A stretch of DNA of 46,455 nt from Octopus bimaculoides (Eukaryota), in assembly GCF_001194135.2 (NCBI RefSeq), contig NC_068982.1:134534191-134580645 (forward strand), written 5' to 3'. The notes beneath the pieces were generated by a model that was not told the DNA's origin, did no database searches, and was given only the letters and a program-made list of their open reading frames with translations. A program made the position numbers and the translations under genes. Positions 1 to 11,742 of the stretch are shown here, one piece after another; positions within the stretch are counted from its first letter, which is position 1, and each line of letters opens with the position of its first letter.

Positions 1-410
1 AAACCTCATGTGTCACCCGCAAGCCGGCCCAGGGGCACCGGCAACGATCTCGCTCGAAAGATTTCATGTGTCGCCCGCACATGAGCCAGTCCAGGGGCAA
101 TGGCATCGATCCTGCTCGAAAGATTTCATGTGTGTCTCGCACATGAGCCAGTCTATGGGCACTGGCAACGATCCCGCTCGAAACATTTCATGTGTCACCC
201 GCACAAGGGCCAGTCCAGGGGCACTGGCAACGATGTCGCTCGAAAGATATCATGTGTCGCCCGCACATGAGCCAGTCCAGGGGCACTGGCAACAATCCCG
301 CTTGAACGATTTCATGTGTCACCCGCACATGAGCCAGTCCAGGGGCACCAGTAACGATCTCGCTCGAAAAACCTCATGTGTCACTCGCACAAGAGCCAGT
401 CCAAAAGCGA
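1..410. repeat. Tandem array of ~62-bp units (~6.5 copies), related to RTE 3'UTR internal repeats
   Basis: Recurring unit tttcatgtgtcrcccgcacatgagccagtccaggggcactggcaacgatcccgctcgaaa; similar units inside the elements at 39140-39435 and 36520-36790. Confidence 0.9.
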
Positions 411-430
411 ACGTTAAACGATGATGATGA

Positions 431-1441
431 TTAAAGCTCGCAAGGAATGAAGCCAGTATGCTCCGTTGGATGTGTAATGTCAATGTGAATACCCGTCAGA
501 GTGTAAGTATCTTGAGAGAAAAGCTGAACATTAGAAGCATCAGTTGTGGCGTGCAAGAGAGACGATTGCGCTGGTATGGACATGTGGTGAGAATGGAGGA
601 GGATAGCTGCGTGAAAAAGTGCCACACCCTAACAGTTGAGGGAACCCGTGGAAGAGGTAGGCCCAGGAAGACCTGGGCTGAGGTGGTGAGGCAAGACCTT
701 CGTACATTGGGCCTCACCGAGGCGATGACTACGGACCGNNNNNNNNNNNNNNNNNNNNNNNNNNNNNNNNNNNNNNNNNNNNNNNNNNNNNNNNNNNNNN
801 NNNNNNNNNNNNNNNNNNNNNNNNNNNNNNNNNNNNNNNNNNNNNNNNNNNNNNNNNNNNNNNNNNNNNNNNNNNNNNNNNNNNNNNNNNNNNNNNNNNN
901 NNNNNNNNNNNNNNNNNNNNNNNNNNNNNNNNNNNNNNNNNNNNNNNNNNNNNNNNNNNNNNNNNNNNNNNNNNNNNNNNNNNNNNNNNNNNNNNNNNNN
1001 NNNNNNNNNNNNNNNNNNNNNNNNNNNNNNNNNNNNNNNNNNNNNNNNNNNNNNNNNNNNNNNNNNNNNNNNNNNNNNNNNNNNNNNNNNNNNNNNNNNN
1101 NNNNNNNNNNNNNNNNNNNNNNNNNNNNNNNNNNNNNNNNNNNNNNNNNNNNNNNNNNNNNNNNNNNNNNNNNNNNNNNNNNNNNNNNNNNNNNNNNNNN
1201 NNNNNNNNNNNNNNNNNNNNNNNNNNNNNNGAGCGTGGCCGTTTTCGTGCGGGTGACACGTAAAAGCACCCACTACACTCTCTGAGTGGTTGGCGTTAGG
1301 AAGGGCATCCAGCTGTAGAAACTCTGCCAAATCAGACTGGAGCCTGGTGTTGCCATCCGGTTTTCACCAGTCCTCAGTCAAATCGTCCAACCCATGCTAG
1401 CATGGAAAGCGGACGTTAAACGATGATGATGATGATGATGA
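431..1441 (+). mobile_element. 5'-truncated RTE-clade LINE (ORF2 C-terminus + 3'UTR + (ATG)n tail), interrupted by a gap
   Basis: Open frame LARNEASMLRWMC...ERRLRWYGHVVRMEEDSCVKKC...EGTRGRGRPRKTWAEVVRQDL, typical of the RTE ORF2 C-terminus; tail ggaaagcggacgttaaacgatgatgatg. Confidence 0.88.
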
Positions 1442-1450
1442 TATATATAT

Positions 1451-1484
<34 letters not shown>
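1441..1484. repeat. (AT)n microsatellite
   Basis: Directly visible. Confidence 0.95.
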
Positions 1485-1485
<1 letters not shown>

Positions 1486-2017
1486 AATAAGACTAGTGAG
1501 AAGTAATATAGAACCAGTTGAGTTTTCAATGGTATTGAACTCACACCCTCTTCTAATAAGTGCTCATTTTGTACCTAAATTAGAAACAATTTTTCTAAGT
1601 AGGGTTGGATGAAATACCTGGCAGTATTTCTTCCAGTACTTTATATTCTGCTTTTCTTCCCTTAAGAGTTGAGAGAATAAATACCAAAAATGTGGCTTTA
1701 TGTCAGTTAAAATTATTTATTTGTAGTGTACAATATAAATTTGAAAGATATTGAGATGAGATGATAGAGAGAAGTGAAAGGGAGGAGTGAAAATAAAAAT
1801 GTTGGTGAGGAGGAGGAAATAAATGGATTAAGAGAAAGAAAGATGATAAAGAAATAGAGAGCATGGAAGAAAAAAAGAGGAAAGTATAGAAAGACACGGT
1901 AAATGAGAGAGAGAAGGAAGATAAGCAACAAAGAAAGAAAAGGAAAATATTCTACCAAAAAGTTTGAAAGAGTGTTTAAAATGTGGTATCTGGTAAAAGT
2001 GTAACAAAAAAAAAAAA

Positions 2018-2023
2018 TTTATT
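2018..2023 (-). terminator. Candidate CIP2A polyadenylation signal AATAAA
   Basis: tttatt on the + strand, about 710 nt downstream of the stop; only one of several possible signals. Confidence 0.3.
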
Positions 2024-2735
2024 CAAATAAAATTTTAAAAATAACTCAGTAAAATAATGTGCATGATTTTGTGATATTTAGAATTTAATATTTCATTAAA
2101 TTTTATCTTGATATTCAAATTTGAGAAATCCATGTAAAATGATGCCCACCCCATGAGACATGCAGGACAAACCCTCTCATTAATTCTGACAAACAAATAT
2201 TCTAGGTGTTTACTTAACAGAACTACATAATGAATTTTAATGTAAGTGGCTGAGTATTCCACACACTGGTCCCTTTCATAATCCTTGAGGTATTACACAC
2301 ACTGCTACTCTTTAATCTTCAGCATGAAACAATATGACAAAGTTGACCCTTTGAAACACAAATACAGCACATGCTATAAGCCACCACACAGTCTTTATCG
2401 ATAGGACTTCACTCAAGATTTGGATCAGATTCTAAGCAATGGGAAAAAATACTTCTGTCCAAAATACCTGCCACATAGCTGGATTGAACTCAGAATCACA
2501 TGATAGCCAAGCAAACTTAATCATGCAACACACATCATGTACACAAACACCCGATTACATACACACCTGTATTTGTTTGTGTGACATGTATTGAATCAGT
2601 CTAATTGAATTAATTCAGGTGAAACTTCAGATCTCAGTTAAAGCAATTGTGTATGTATATATGTATAGACACGGCCACATGTACATACTCCACACTCACA
2701 CAAACATATACAAAGAGACATTATTAGCAAAGTCC

Positions 2736-2897
2736 TTAAAAAGACACCTTTGGTGGAATTTTGCTACTACTTAGGTTATGAATCATGGCAGCTATTTGTT
2801 CATGTTTGGCAAGGTTATCTTTAACTTCTTGTAATTCTTCAGTTTTCTCTTTGATGACACTTTCATGTTTTTGACACACAACTTCAAGAGAAGTGAT
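2736..2897 (-). CDS. CIP2A: CIP2A terminal coding exon (162 nt including TAA)
   Basis: gatatttcag|ATCACT...[59 protein letters not shown]. Confidence 0.92.
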   Translation of the reverse strand: [53 protein letters not shown]

Positions 2898-5800
2898 CTG
2901 AAATATCACAAGAAAAGAATTTTAAGAAATTAATTAACAAGTAAAAGAATTTAACTTCAATAAAATCAAACCTAACAGAAAGTTTGAACAAATTATCTGA
3001 TAGAACCTATTTGCCTTCATCTCTATCTGTCTGGTCCAGTCTGATTTGTCCATCTATTTATCTGATAGAACCTATTTGCCTTCATCTCTATCTGTCTGGT
3101 CCAGTCTGATTTGTCCATCTATTTATCTGATAGAACCTATTTGCCTTCATCTCTGTCTGTCTGGTCCAGTCTGATTTGTCCATCTATTTATCTGATAGAA
3201 CCTATTTGCCTTCATCTCTGTCTGTCTGGTCCAGTCTGATTTGTCCATCTATTTATCTGATAGAACCTATTTGCCTTCATCTCTGTCTGTCTGGTCCAGT
3301 CTGATTTGTCCATCTATTTATCTGATAGAACCTATTTGCCTTCATCTCAGTCTGGTCCAGTCTGATTTTTCCAGCTATTTATTCATCTGTTCTCATTGTC
3401 TGCCCATTCCTGTGAGAGGAGTAGGGGAATCCCCAGATAAGCATATACACTGGTTCTATTTCACTTCAATATTATATATTTGTCAATTGTTTAGATATTT
3501 AACCAATTAGCTAATCAATTGTTCAATCAATCAATCAATCAATCAGTTAAGTTTGTCAGAGTAATCTTTATAGCCATTCCCAACCTTATCAATGACATTG
3601 CCCCCTCTAAGAAAAATTACAACTTCTCAAAACATCTAGCACTGCTCCATTGTACCCCCTTGTGAACTCACAACATCCCTGAGGTGTATGTGTGGGTGTT
3701 ACTGACAAAGTGAAGAACCACAGCCCTAGATTTTGAAATGTCACAATTAACCCCAGTTGGATTAGAACTCAGAGTGTAGAAAAGAAAAAACAGAAATTTA
3801 AATGCTGATATCACTCTATCATTCAGTTATGCAGGTGGATACCAGAACTGGTATTTGCCACATTTAGTTATGTCTCTTTACACAGTTCAAATCCCACCTG
3901 GATTCCTTGTAGTCTTTCATTGGTGCAGCCTCCTGGCTTACCAGTCCTCAGTCAAATCATCCAACCCATGCCAGCATGGAAAGTGGATGTTAAATGACAA
4001 TGATGATTCTTCTAAAGTTGATAAAATAAGTTGATGGCATTCCGTCGAGGGTTCCAGTTGATCCGATCAACGGAACAGCCTGCTCATGAAATTAACGTGC
4101 AAGTGGCTGAGCACTCCACAGACACGTGTACCATTAACGTAGTTCTCGGGGATATTCAGCATGACACGGTGTGACAAGGCTGGCCCTTTGAATTCCAGGC
4201 ACAACAGAAACAGGAAGTAAGAGTGAGAGAAAGTTGTGGTGAAAGAGTACAGCAGGGTTCACCACCATCCCCTGCCGGAGCCTCGTGGAGCTTTAGGTGT
4301 TTTTGTTCAATAAACACTCACAACGCCCGGTCTAGGAATCGAAACCGCGATCCTATGACTGCAAGTCCGCTGCCCTAACCACTGGGCCATTGCACCTCTA
4401 CTGATAAAATAAGTAACAGCCCAAGTAAATATGAATTGGGATTAATGTAATCAACAATAGTCTATAACAATGGTTCCAACCTTTCCATCACTACCAATGA
4501 CCCCTTTTGCTTAAATGGATTTTCCCACGGACTCCAGACCATGGAAAGTCTGTTTACTCGATCAACCAATTTTATTAGCTCACAACAAACTCGTTTTCCC
4601 GGTTTCATCTCTCAAATGAAAGACATATATAATTAAAATAATTATATGTAACTAGGTAATTGCACATTTTATGCTGCAGACTTTTAAAACAAAACTTATG
4701 AATGCATGGAACTATTTTTGTGGGTTCCTTGAGGTCTGTGGATCCCAAGTTGGGAAACACTGGTCTGTGCTCCAGCATGGCAACAATCCAATGATTGAAA
4801 CCAGTAAAATAATAAAACAACAGGCATGAAGTATGGAAATTAGGGGGAGGCAGGAGCTTACAGTGTAATATTTGTACTCTTCCTGTAAATAATATATAAA
4901 TGGAGAGCTCATCAGAATTTAACAACAACAGCAGCAGCCGCCACCACCAGGCATGCTTTTGTGGTGGGCTGCAAATCAAGAAGCCATTGTTTATTAGCCA
5001 GAGGCCATAAGAGAAATGCAAACTCACTCACACAAACACACACAGATATATGAAAAGCTTCTTTCGGGTTCGACCTACCAATTCTGTTCACAAGCCTTTG
5101 TTTGATCAGCCTGGAGCCATAATAGAAGACACTTGCTCAATGTGTAACACAGTGGGACTGAACCCAAAACCATGTGGTTGGGAAGTGAGCTTCTTAACCA
5201 CATCATCATCATCATCATTGTTTAACATCTACTTTCCATGCTGGCATGGGTTGGACGGTTTGACTGAGGACTGGCGAGCCAGGAGGCTGCACCAGGCTCC
5301 AGTCTGTTCAGGCAAGGTTTCTACAGCTGGATGCACTTCCTAATGCCAACCACTCCCAGAGTGTAATGGGTGCTTTTTACATGCCACCAGCACAGGGGCC
5401 AATCAGGCGACACTGACATTGACCACACTCGAATGGTGCTTTTTATGTGCCACCGGCACAGGAGCCAGTCAGGCAGCACTGGCTTTGCCCCACAACTATA
5501 AAAAAAGAAAACATTTAAATAAACCTACCTTTTGCTGTAGTTCTTTTTTCTCTATTTCAGTTTTGTCCAAACTTCTCCGTACTTTTTCGATGGCTTCATC
5601 TAAATCATCACGCTCCTTAGACAGTTTCTGCAGCTGCTCTTCAATCTCTGATACAGTTTTTTGTAATGCTGAAGAAGTGAACATTTCAATGCATTTCAGA
5701 AAAATTGTATTAATCTAATATGAGTTAATTAAAAATTGCTAGTTTATTAAGAACAGAATCAATCTTTATAAGGAAAATATGATAAGCCATCACTGCTAGC

Positions 5801-8800
5801 TTCTGGTCTTAAGTTCTGGGTTCAAATTTCACTAATGTTGCCGTTTGTCCTTTTGGAGTCAATAATTACCAGTTGAGCGCTGGGGTTGATGTAATCAACT
5901 AGCCCCTCTTTTCCTTAAATTTCAGGCCTTGTGCTTATCATAAAAAGAACTATCATCATCATCATCATCAAAATATTAAAAGGATAGCCATTGTTGTTGG
6001 CACTCCGTCGCTTACGACATCGAGGGTTCCAGTTGATCCGATCAACGGAACAGCCTGCTCATGAAATTAACGTGCAAGTGGCTGAGCACTCCACAGACAC
6101 GTGTACCATTAACGTAGTTCTCGGGGATATTCAGCGTGACACAGTGTGACAAGGCTGACCCTTTAAATTACAGGCACAACAGAAAGAAGAAGTAAGAGTG
6201 AGAGAAAGTTGTGGTGAAAGAGTACAGCAGGGTTCGCCACCATCGCCTGCTGGAGCTTCGTGGAGCTTTAGGTGTTTTCGCTCAATAAACACTCACAACG
6301 CCTNNNNNNNNNNNNNNNNNNNNNNNNNNNNNNNNNNNNNNNNNNNNNNNNNNNNNNNNNNNNNNNNNNNNNNNNNNNNNNNNNNNNNNNNNNNNNNNNN
6401 NNNNNNNNNNNNNNNNNNNNNNNNNNNNNNNNNNNNNNNNNNNNNNNNNNNNNNNNNNNNNNNNNNNNNNNNNNNNNNNNNNNNNNNNNNNNNNNNNNNN
6501 NNNNNNNNNNNNNNNNNNNNNNNNNNNNNNNNNAAAAACACAAAGAAAACTGAATAAACCAATCACTTACATTTAACCATTGATTCTGATTCTTTTAGTT
6601 GTCTTGAGAGTTTGCCTTGCTTTTCAAGACTCCTGTAAAATGTGACAGAAAGTAAAGATTAATGAAACAATTCAGTTTACCGATGACAGTATACATTATG
6701 TTCTATATATACATACATACATACATACAAAAACTCTGTTCAATTTAATACTTATTTATTGACATTGTTTTTAATGAATTATGCATTAGCTTGTAGCTTT
6801 GAGATTTTGCTGATGTGATTGCATATTTTTAGAATGACATTGTAGGGTAGGTGTGAGAGGCCAGATCTGGACAGTTGGAACATAAAACAAGCAGAATACT
6901 TGAGCTGGATATGGTTGGTTTAAATGCTAAAGGTTTAAACCACGTAATAACTTATAGAAAGCCCAACTTTGCACAAAGGATGTGGGGTGATTTTTTGAGC
7001 CAATTTCTTTTAAAAATAAAAGTGTTTCTTATTTTCCATGCATGCAAGGCTGTTTATCACCATCATCATCATTTAACGTCTATTGTCCATGCTGGCATGG
7101 GTTGGACGGTTTGACTGGACTAGCATGCTGGAAGGCTGCACCAGGATCCAGTCTGATTTGGTACGGTTTTCTATGGTTGGACGCTCAGCTAAGAAATTTA
7201 CTTCTGTAGTTTTGTGTTCAGCCCCTCTCCATGGCACCTTGTGCAAGTGTCTTCTACTACAACAATGGACTGATCAAAAGCATGTGAATGAATTTGGTAC
7301 AGAGACATTGTGATGAAGCCCACTGTATACATATGTGTATGCATGTACACACACCTTTGTTTGACTTATTGTTTGACAACCAGCAAAAAGAGTGTAAGAC
7401 AGACTTAAGAAACTGGACTGAAACCCTTCAAGGTGGTGCCCCAGCATGGCCTGTAGTACAATGACTGGAACAAATAAAAAAATAAATAAGATGGATTATG
7501 GTTTAGTTTATATTTCTACGAAGGAAGACAAACACCTACTTTGTAGCTAGAAGTCTTAGATTTCTAATTGATGCTTCCATAGATAAGCACCCACTTGCCT
7601 TCAAGGATATAGGAATGATATTTAGAGAAAGTGAAAAAATAAGGAAAAAAAGGAAGGTGTGGTGATTGAGATGAACAATGTTAATTTTATCTGGACCCTC
7701 TGGCAGAGCATGTAGCTAAAGATGAACTGCGAGATACGTTTACAAAGTTATCAGTTACCTTCACTCGATTACTGTCCTTATCCTCAACAATCATTACAAA
7801 TTGTAAACATTTATCAAAGATATTAAGTTACCGGAACAAGAAAGAAAGAAAAAGGAAAGAGAAGGAAGGAAGGAAGGGGGTAATGGCCAGTTATTTTATC
7901 AGTATTGATTGTGGAAAAACAAAAACACACACAAAAACAAAACAAAAAAATGGATAAATTGAGTGGCCCAGGGCCTTGTTTTGGCAAGTTTTCTTTCTCT
8001 ATTTTTACATAAATATATGAAAAAAAAGTTTGGAGTAAAACACTAAATATGTATATTTTTTTAAGTTTCTAAATGCGTGTGTATATACATACATACAAAT
8101 AAACAGCAGAAAAACACTCTCACGTGACCTTATCAGAAGGCCACGATTGGTTGATGTTCACCCTGGCGCAAAACAGAACTGGAGACAAATGCCACGCAAA
8201 TAAGAGCCAATCAGGGTGATGGACACAGCAGGGTCCAAACGGGCCAAAGGCTAGATGTTAGCTGCTTCGTTCGCATTTGTAAATAAATACCCAAGAGAGA
8301 GGTTTCACTACAGTCTATATTTACAAATGTTTGCAATTCTTAATTGAAAATTGTAGCAATGTTTCATTCCCTAACCCTCATCATGATTTAACATCCATTT
8401 TTCATGCTGGCATGATTTGGATTGTTTGACAGGAGTTGGAAAGGTCAGGGGCCACCCTAAGCTCCATTGTCTGTTTTGTTTTGGTTTCTACAGCTGGATG
8501 CCTTTCCTAATGCCAACCACTTTACAGAGTGTACTGTGTGCCTTTTATGTGGCGTAGCCATCTGGTTTCACCAGTCCTCAGTCAAATCGTCCAACCCATG
8601 GAAAGCGATGATAATGAAGCACCAACACCTATATTTTTTACATGGCCCCTTGGTTCAATAAAGTAAGATAGCTGAGTAGTTAAAGAATTATGAATTTATG
8701 TCTAGTTTGACTCCAAACCAGAGTGTGCCTGTAGCCTAGGCAATGTATGTTTTAATTACAGGTTGTATAAAATAACTGAGTTCGACAGCCTATTCCACAT

Positions 8801-11670
8801 TAAATTCATCACATACACGACATCTACCACAACATAGTTTCACATACACACACACATGCATACATACATTCACATACAAACATGTATCATTTTATACAAG
8901 GTTATACTTACACTTCATTCTGTTGCTTCAGTGTTTCATGATGTTTACGCAAGATTTCATGCATCTCTGTCAACGAAGTATGTTCCTGTCTCAAAGTATT
9001 GAGCATATGTTCAGCATTCTCTAACCTATTGCACAGAAACAGATAACAAATGATAAGGCAGATGAAAAAAAAAAATCAATACAAAAAAAAAACAGCATAC
9101 AGTTTTTACCCTTTTGATACCAAGTCACCTGACATCAACCCTGCTTAAAGTGGTTCAAATCAAAACCTTCCTTCAAAGTTAATAAATAAATGCATCTATT
9201 AAATGCCTCATCCATAGAAAAAGCTAAAATATAGTTTAACTCTTTTGGTGCTAACCTACCAGAAACTACACTTGGCTCTATGACACAAATTCCATGTTTT
9301 AAGATGGTATAAATTAAAATCTTTCTTCAAAATCTCATGTAAATTTAAGTTCAAGCACCTGTTAAATAACGACAAAGTTATTGTAGTTAATTCATCATTA
9401 TTTTCTAAATTAATTAAATAAAGGCAGGATATTTCAACAAAAATATGGTAACAAAAGGGTTAAAGCAACTGCAGAGTTATTCTAAAATATCTAATATTTC
9501 ATGAAACTTCATTAGTTCCTCTCTATAATTAGATTTCTTTTTTTTCTTTTTCTTTTTACTTGTTTCAGTCATTTGACTGCGGCCTTGCTGGAGCACCGCC
9601 TTTAGTCAAGCAAATCGAACCCAAGACTTATTCTTTGTAAGCTTAGTACTTATTCTATCGGTCTCTTATGTCAAACCGCTAAGTTACGGAGACGTAAACA
9701 CACCAGCATCAGTTGTCAAGCGATGTAGGGGGGACAAACACAGACACACACACATATATATACATATACATATATACGACGGGCTTCTTACAGTTTCCGT
9801 CTACCAAATCCACTCACAAGGCTTTGGTTGGCCCGAGGCTATAGTAGAAGACACTTGCCCAAGGTGCCACGCAGTGGGACTGAACCCAGAACCATGTGGT
9901 TGGTAAGCAAGCTTAATAAATCCAATTTTTTTTTAGGAGTGATGCATATGGATGAGGACAGCTGCATGAAGAAGTGCTGAGCTCTAATTGTGGAGGGAAC
10001 CAGTGGAAGGGGTAAACCCAGGAAGACATGGGACGAAGTGGTGAGAAAGAATCTTCGGATGCACTACACAGGTTACTAGAGAACTGATGAAGAAACAATA
10101 CTAGATAATGATCCAAAATTATGGATCATTATCTGGTATTGATACATAATTATATATGTATCATTCCTAGTTAGGGTAATTATAATTATTATTTAATTAT
10201 TGTTGTTGTTGTTGCTGTTGTTGTTAAGCGGCAAGCTGAAAGAATCATTAACATGTCAAACAAAATGGTTAGCAGCATTTTGTCTGTCTTTATGTGCTGG
10301 GTTCAAAGGTTGACATTGCCTTTCATCCTTTGGGGTTGATGAAATGAGTACCATTTGAGCAGAAGGGACCAATGTTATTGACCAAACCACTCCCTCTGAA
10401 TTCTGCCAAAGTTTGAAACCGTTATTATTAGTTTTATCCTAATTATATACAAAGACACTTTGAGTTACGTTATTGATGTTGCTTAAACAATGGTCACCTA
10501 TGAACCAGATCGACAATCCATGACATTCTGGTTGTGACCATCCTGTCTTTATCGCAGACTCAGGATCACATTTTCCAACACCACCAATACCTCATCTTCA
10601 TCAAAGCTCATAATGACTGAATGATGTATTTCTTCATATACATTGTCCAATCATTAAAGGCTCTGATGAAACTGAGAAGTCATGCTAGTAATCACTAAAG
10701 GGCACAGTGTTTCTTACAGCAAAAACAGCTGTAAGCTAATGGATTTAATTATGTAACACCTACTCTTTTGTCGTTTATTAATTAACACTTTGGAGACAGA
10801 GCCTCATTTGGAGTTTCAGTGCCAAGAAGATGGAGCCCTTTTCACAAGCCCTACAGTGGGCATGCACTTACTTAAAAAAAAAAAATTATAAAAAATAAAG
10901 TAATTACTTTACATATATAGAACTATATATATTCTTGTAGGAAACTGAACGAACCAATACAATCCAATACAATCTTCTTTGTCATTTGACTTTTTGCCCA
11001 ATAGATTGGCCCTGTCATCTCTTAAGGGTTAATACTATGCTCTATACTTATGATATGGCTTAAAAATATGTGAATTCTCACTACCTCAGCTGCTTATGAA
11101 TACCATACATTATAAGTGTAGGAAATGGTGATTAGCACTTGCTGGGTGCCTCACAATTTCCATACACAGTACATGGAAGGAAAGGAGAGGACAAGATCTC
11201 TCTGAATAAGTAACAATAATTTATTTTCTCTGAATAAACATGCCATCTCTGGTTAGCGGTAGCCATGAACGCCTTGGTGAAGAAAGCAGCTGGGTTGGTA
11301 GTGAGACACAAAAGTGCTAAGGCATTTTCAGAAACTCGCAGTGTTGCTCGCCATCAAAAGTCCATTCTCCACGGAGCTGCTCTAAGTTGTGTCCTGCCCG
11401 GTCAGAAGCTGCGATCGAAGAGAGTGAATGGTGGTGAACCCTAGCTGATGCTGATGATTGCGCATGTGCATAAGGGGCTTCTATCAGGTCTTTGGAAAGC
11501 TCTAATCCTTGTGCATGTGTAAATGAATGTTCCAACAAGGCATCTAGAACCATGCGTCACTACATAAGTATATCAAGCACTAGAACTTAGCTAAGCAATA
11601 CAATTAAATAAATACATATACAGCTTGGAGAGAAAGAGGGAGAGGGGGATGGGGAGGGAGAGGGGGGATG

Positions 11671-11742
<72 letters not shown>

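Noticed and set aside
8-424. 138-aa ORF, and a possible CRISPR-like array
   Set aside because: The ORF is the translation of a tandem repeat. The units are contiguous with no unique spacers and no cas genes, in a eukaryotic context.
496-1330. Long ORFs spanning N runs (also at 6198-6566, 17167-18214, 19354-19915, 26937-27259 and 29662-30151)
   Set aside because: Their length is an artefact of gaps translated as X.
4325-4401. tRNA-like sequence with A and B boxes
   Set aside because: It is the head of a SINE enclosed by a TSD; no convincing full cloverleaf.
5419-5718. + strand 99-aa ORF (also 41608-41826 +)
   Set aside because: Antisense shadow of a CIP2A exon plus repeat or (ATG)n sequence.
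7757-7830. Donor-like AAG|gtaact after an open stretch (MIVEDKDSNRVK)
   Set aside because: No good acceptor, a phase-0 end incompatible with the phase-2 context, and no CIP2A similarity.
10663-10690. ctgatgaa motif as a further hammerhead (also ~10084)
   Set aside because: No stem II/GAAA or stem I pairing nearby.
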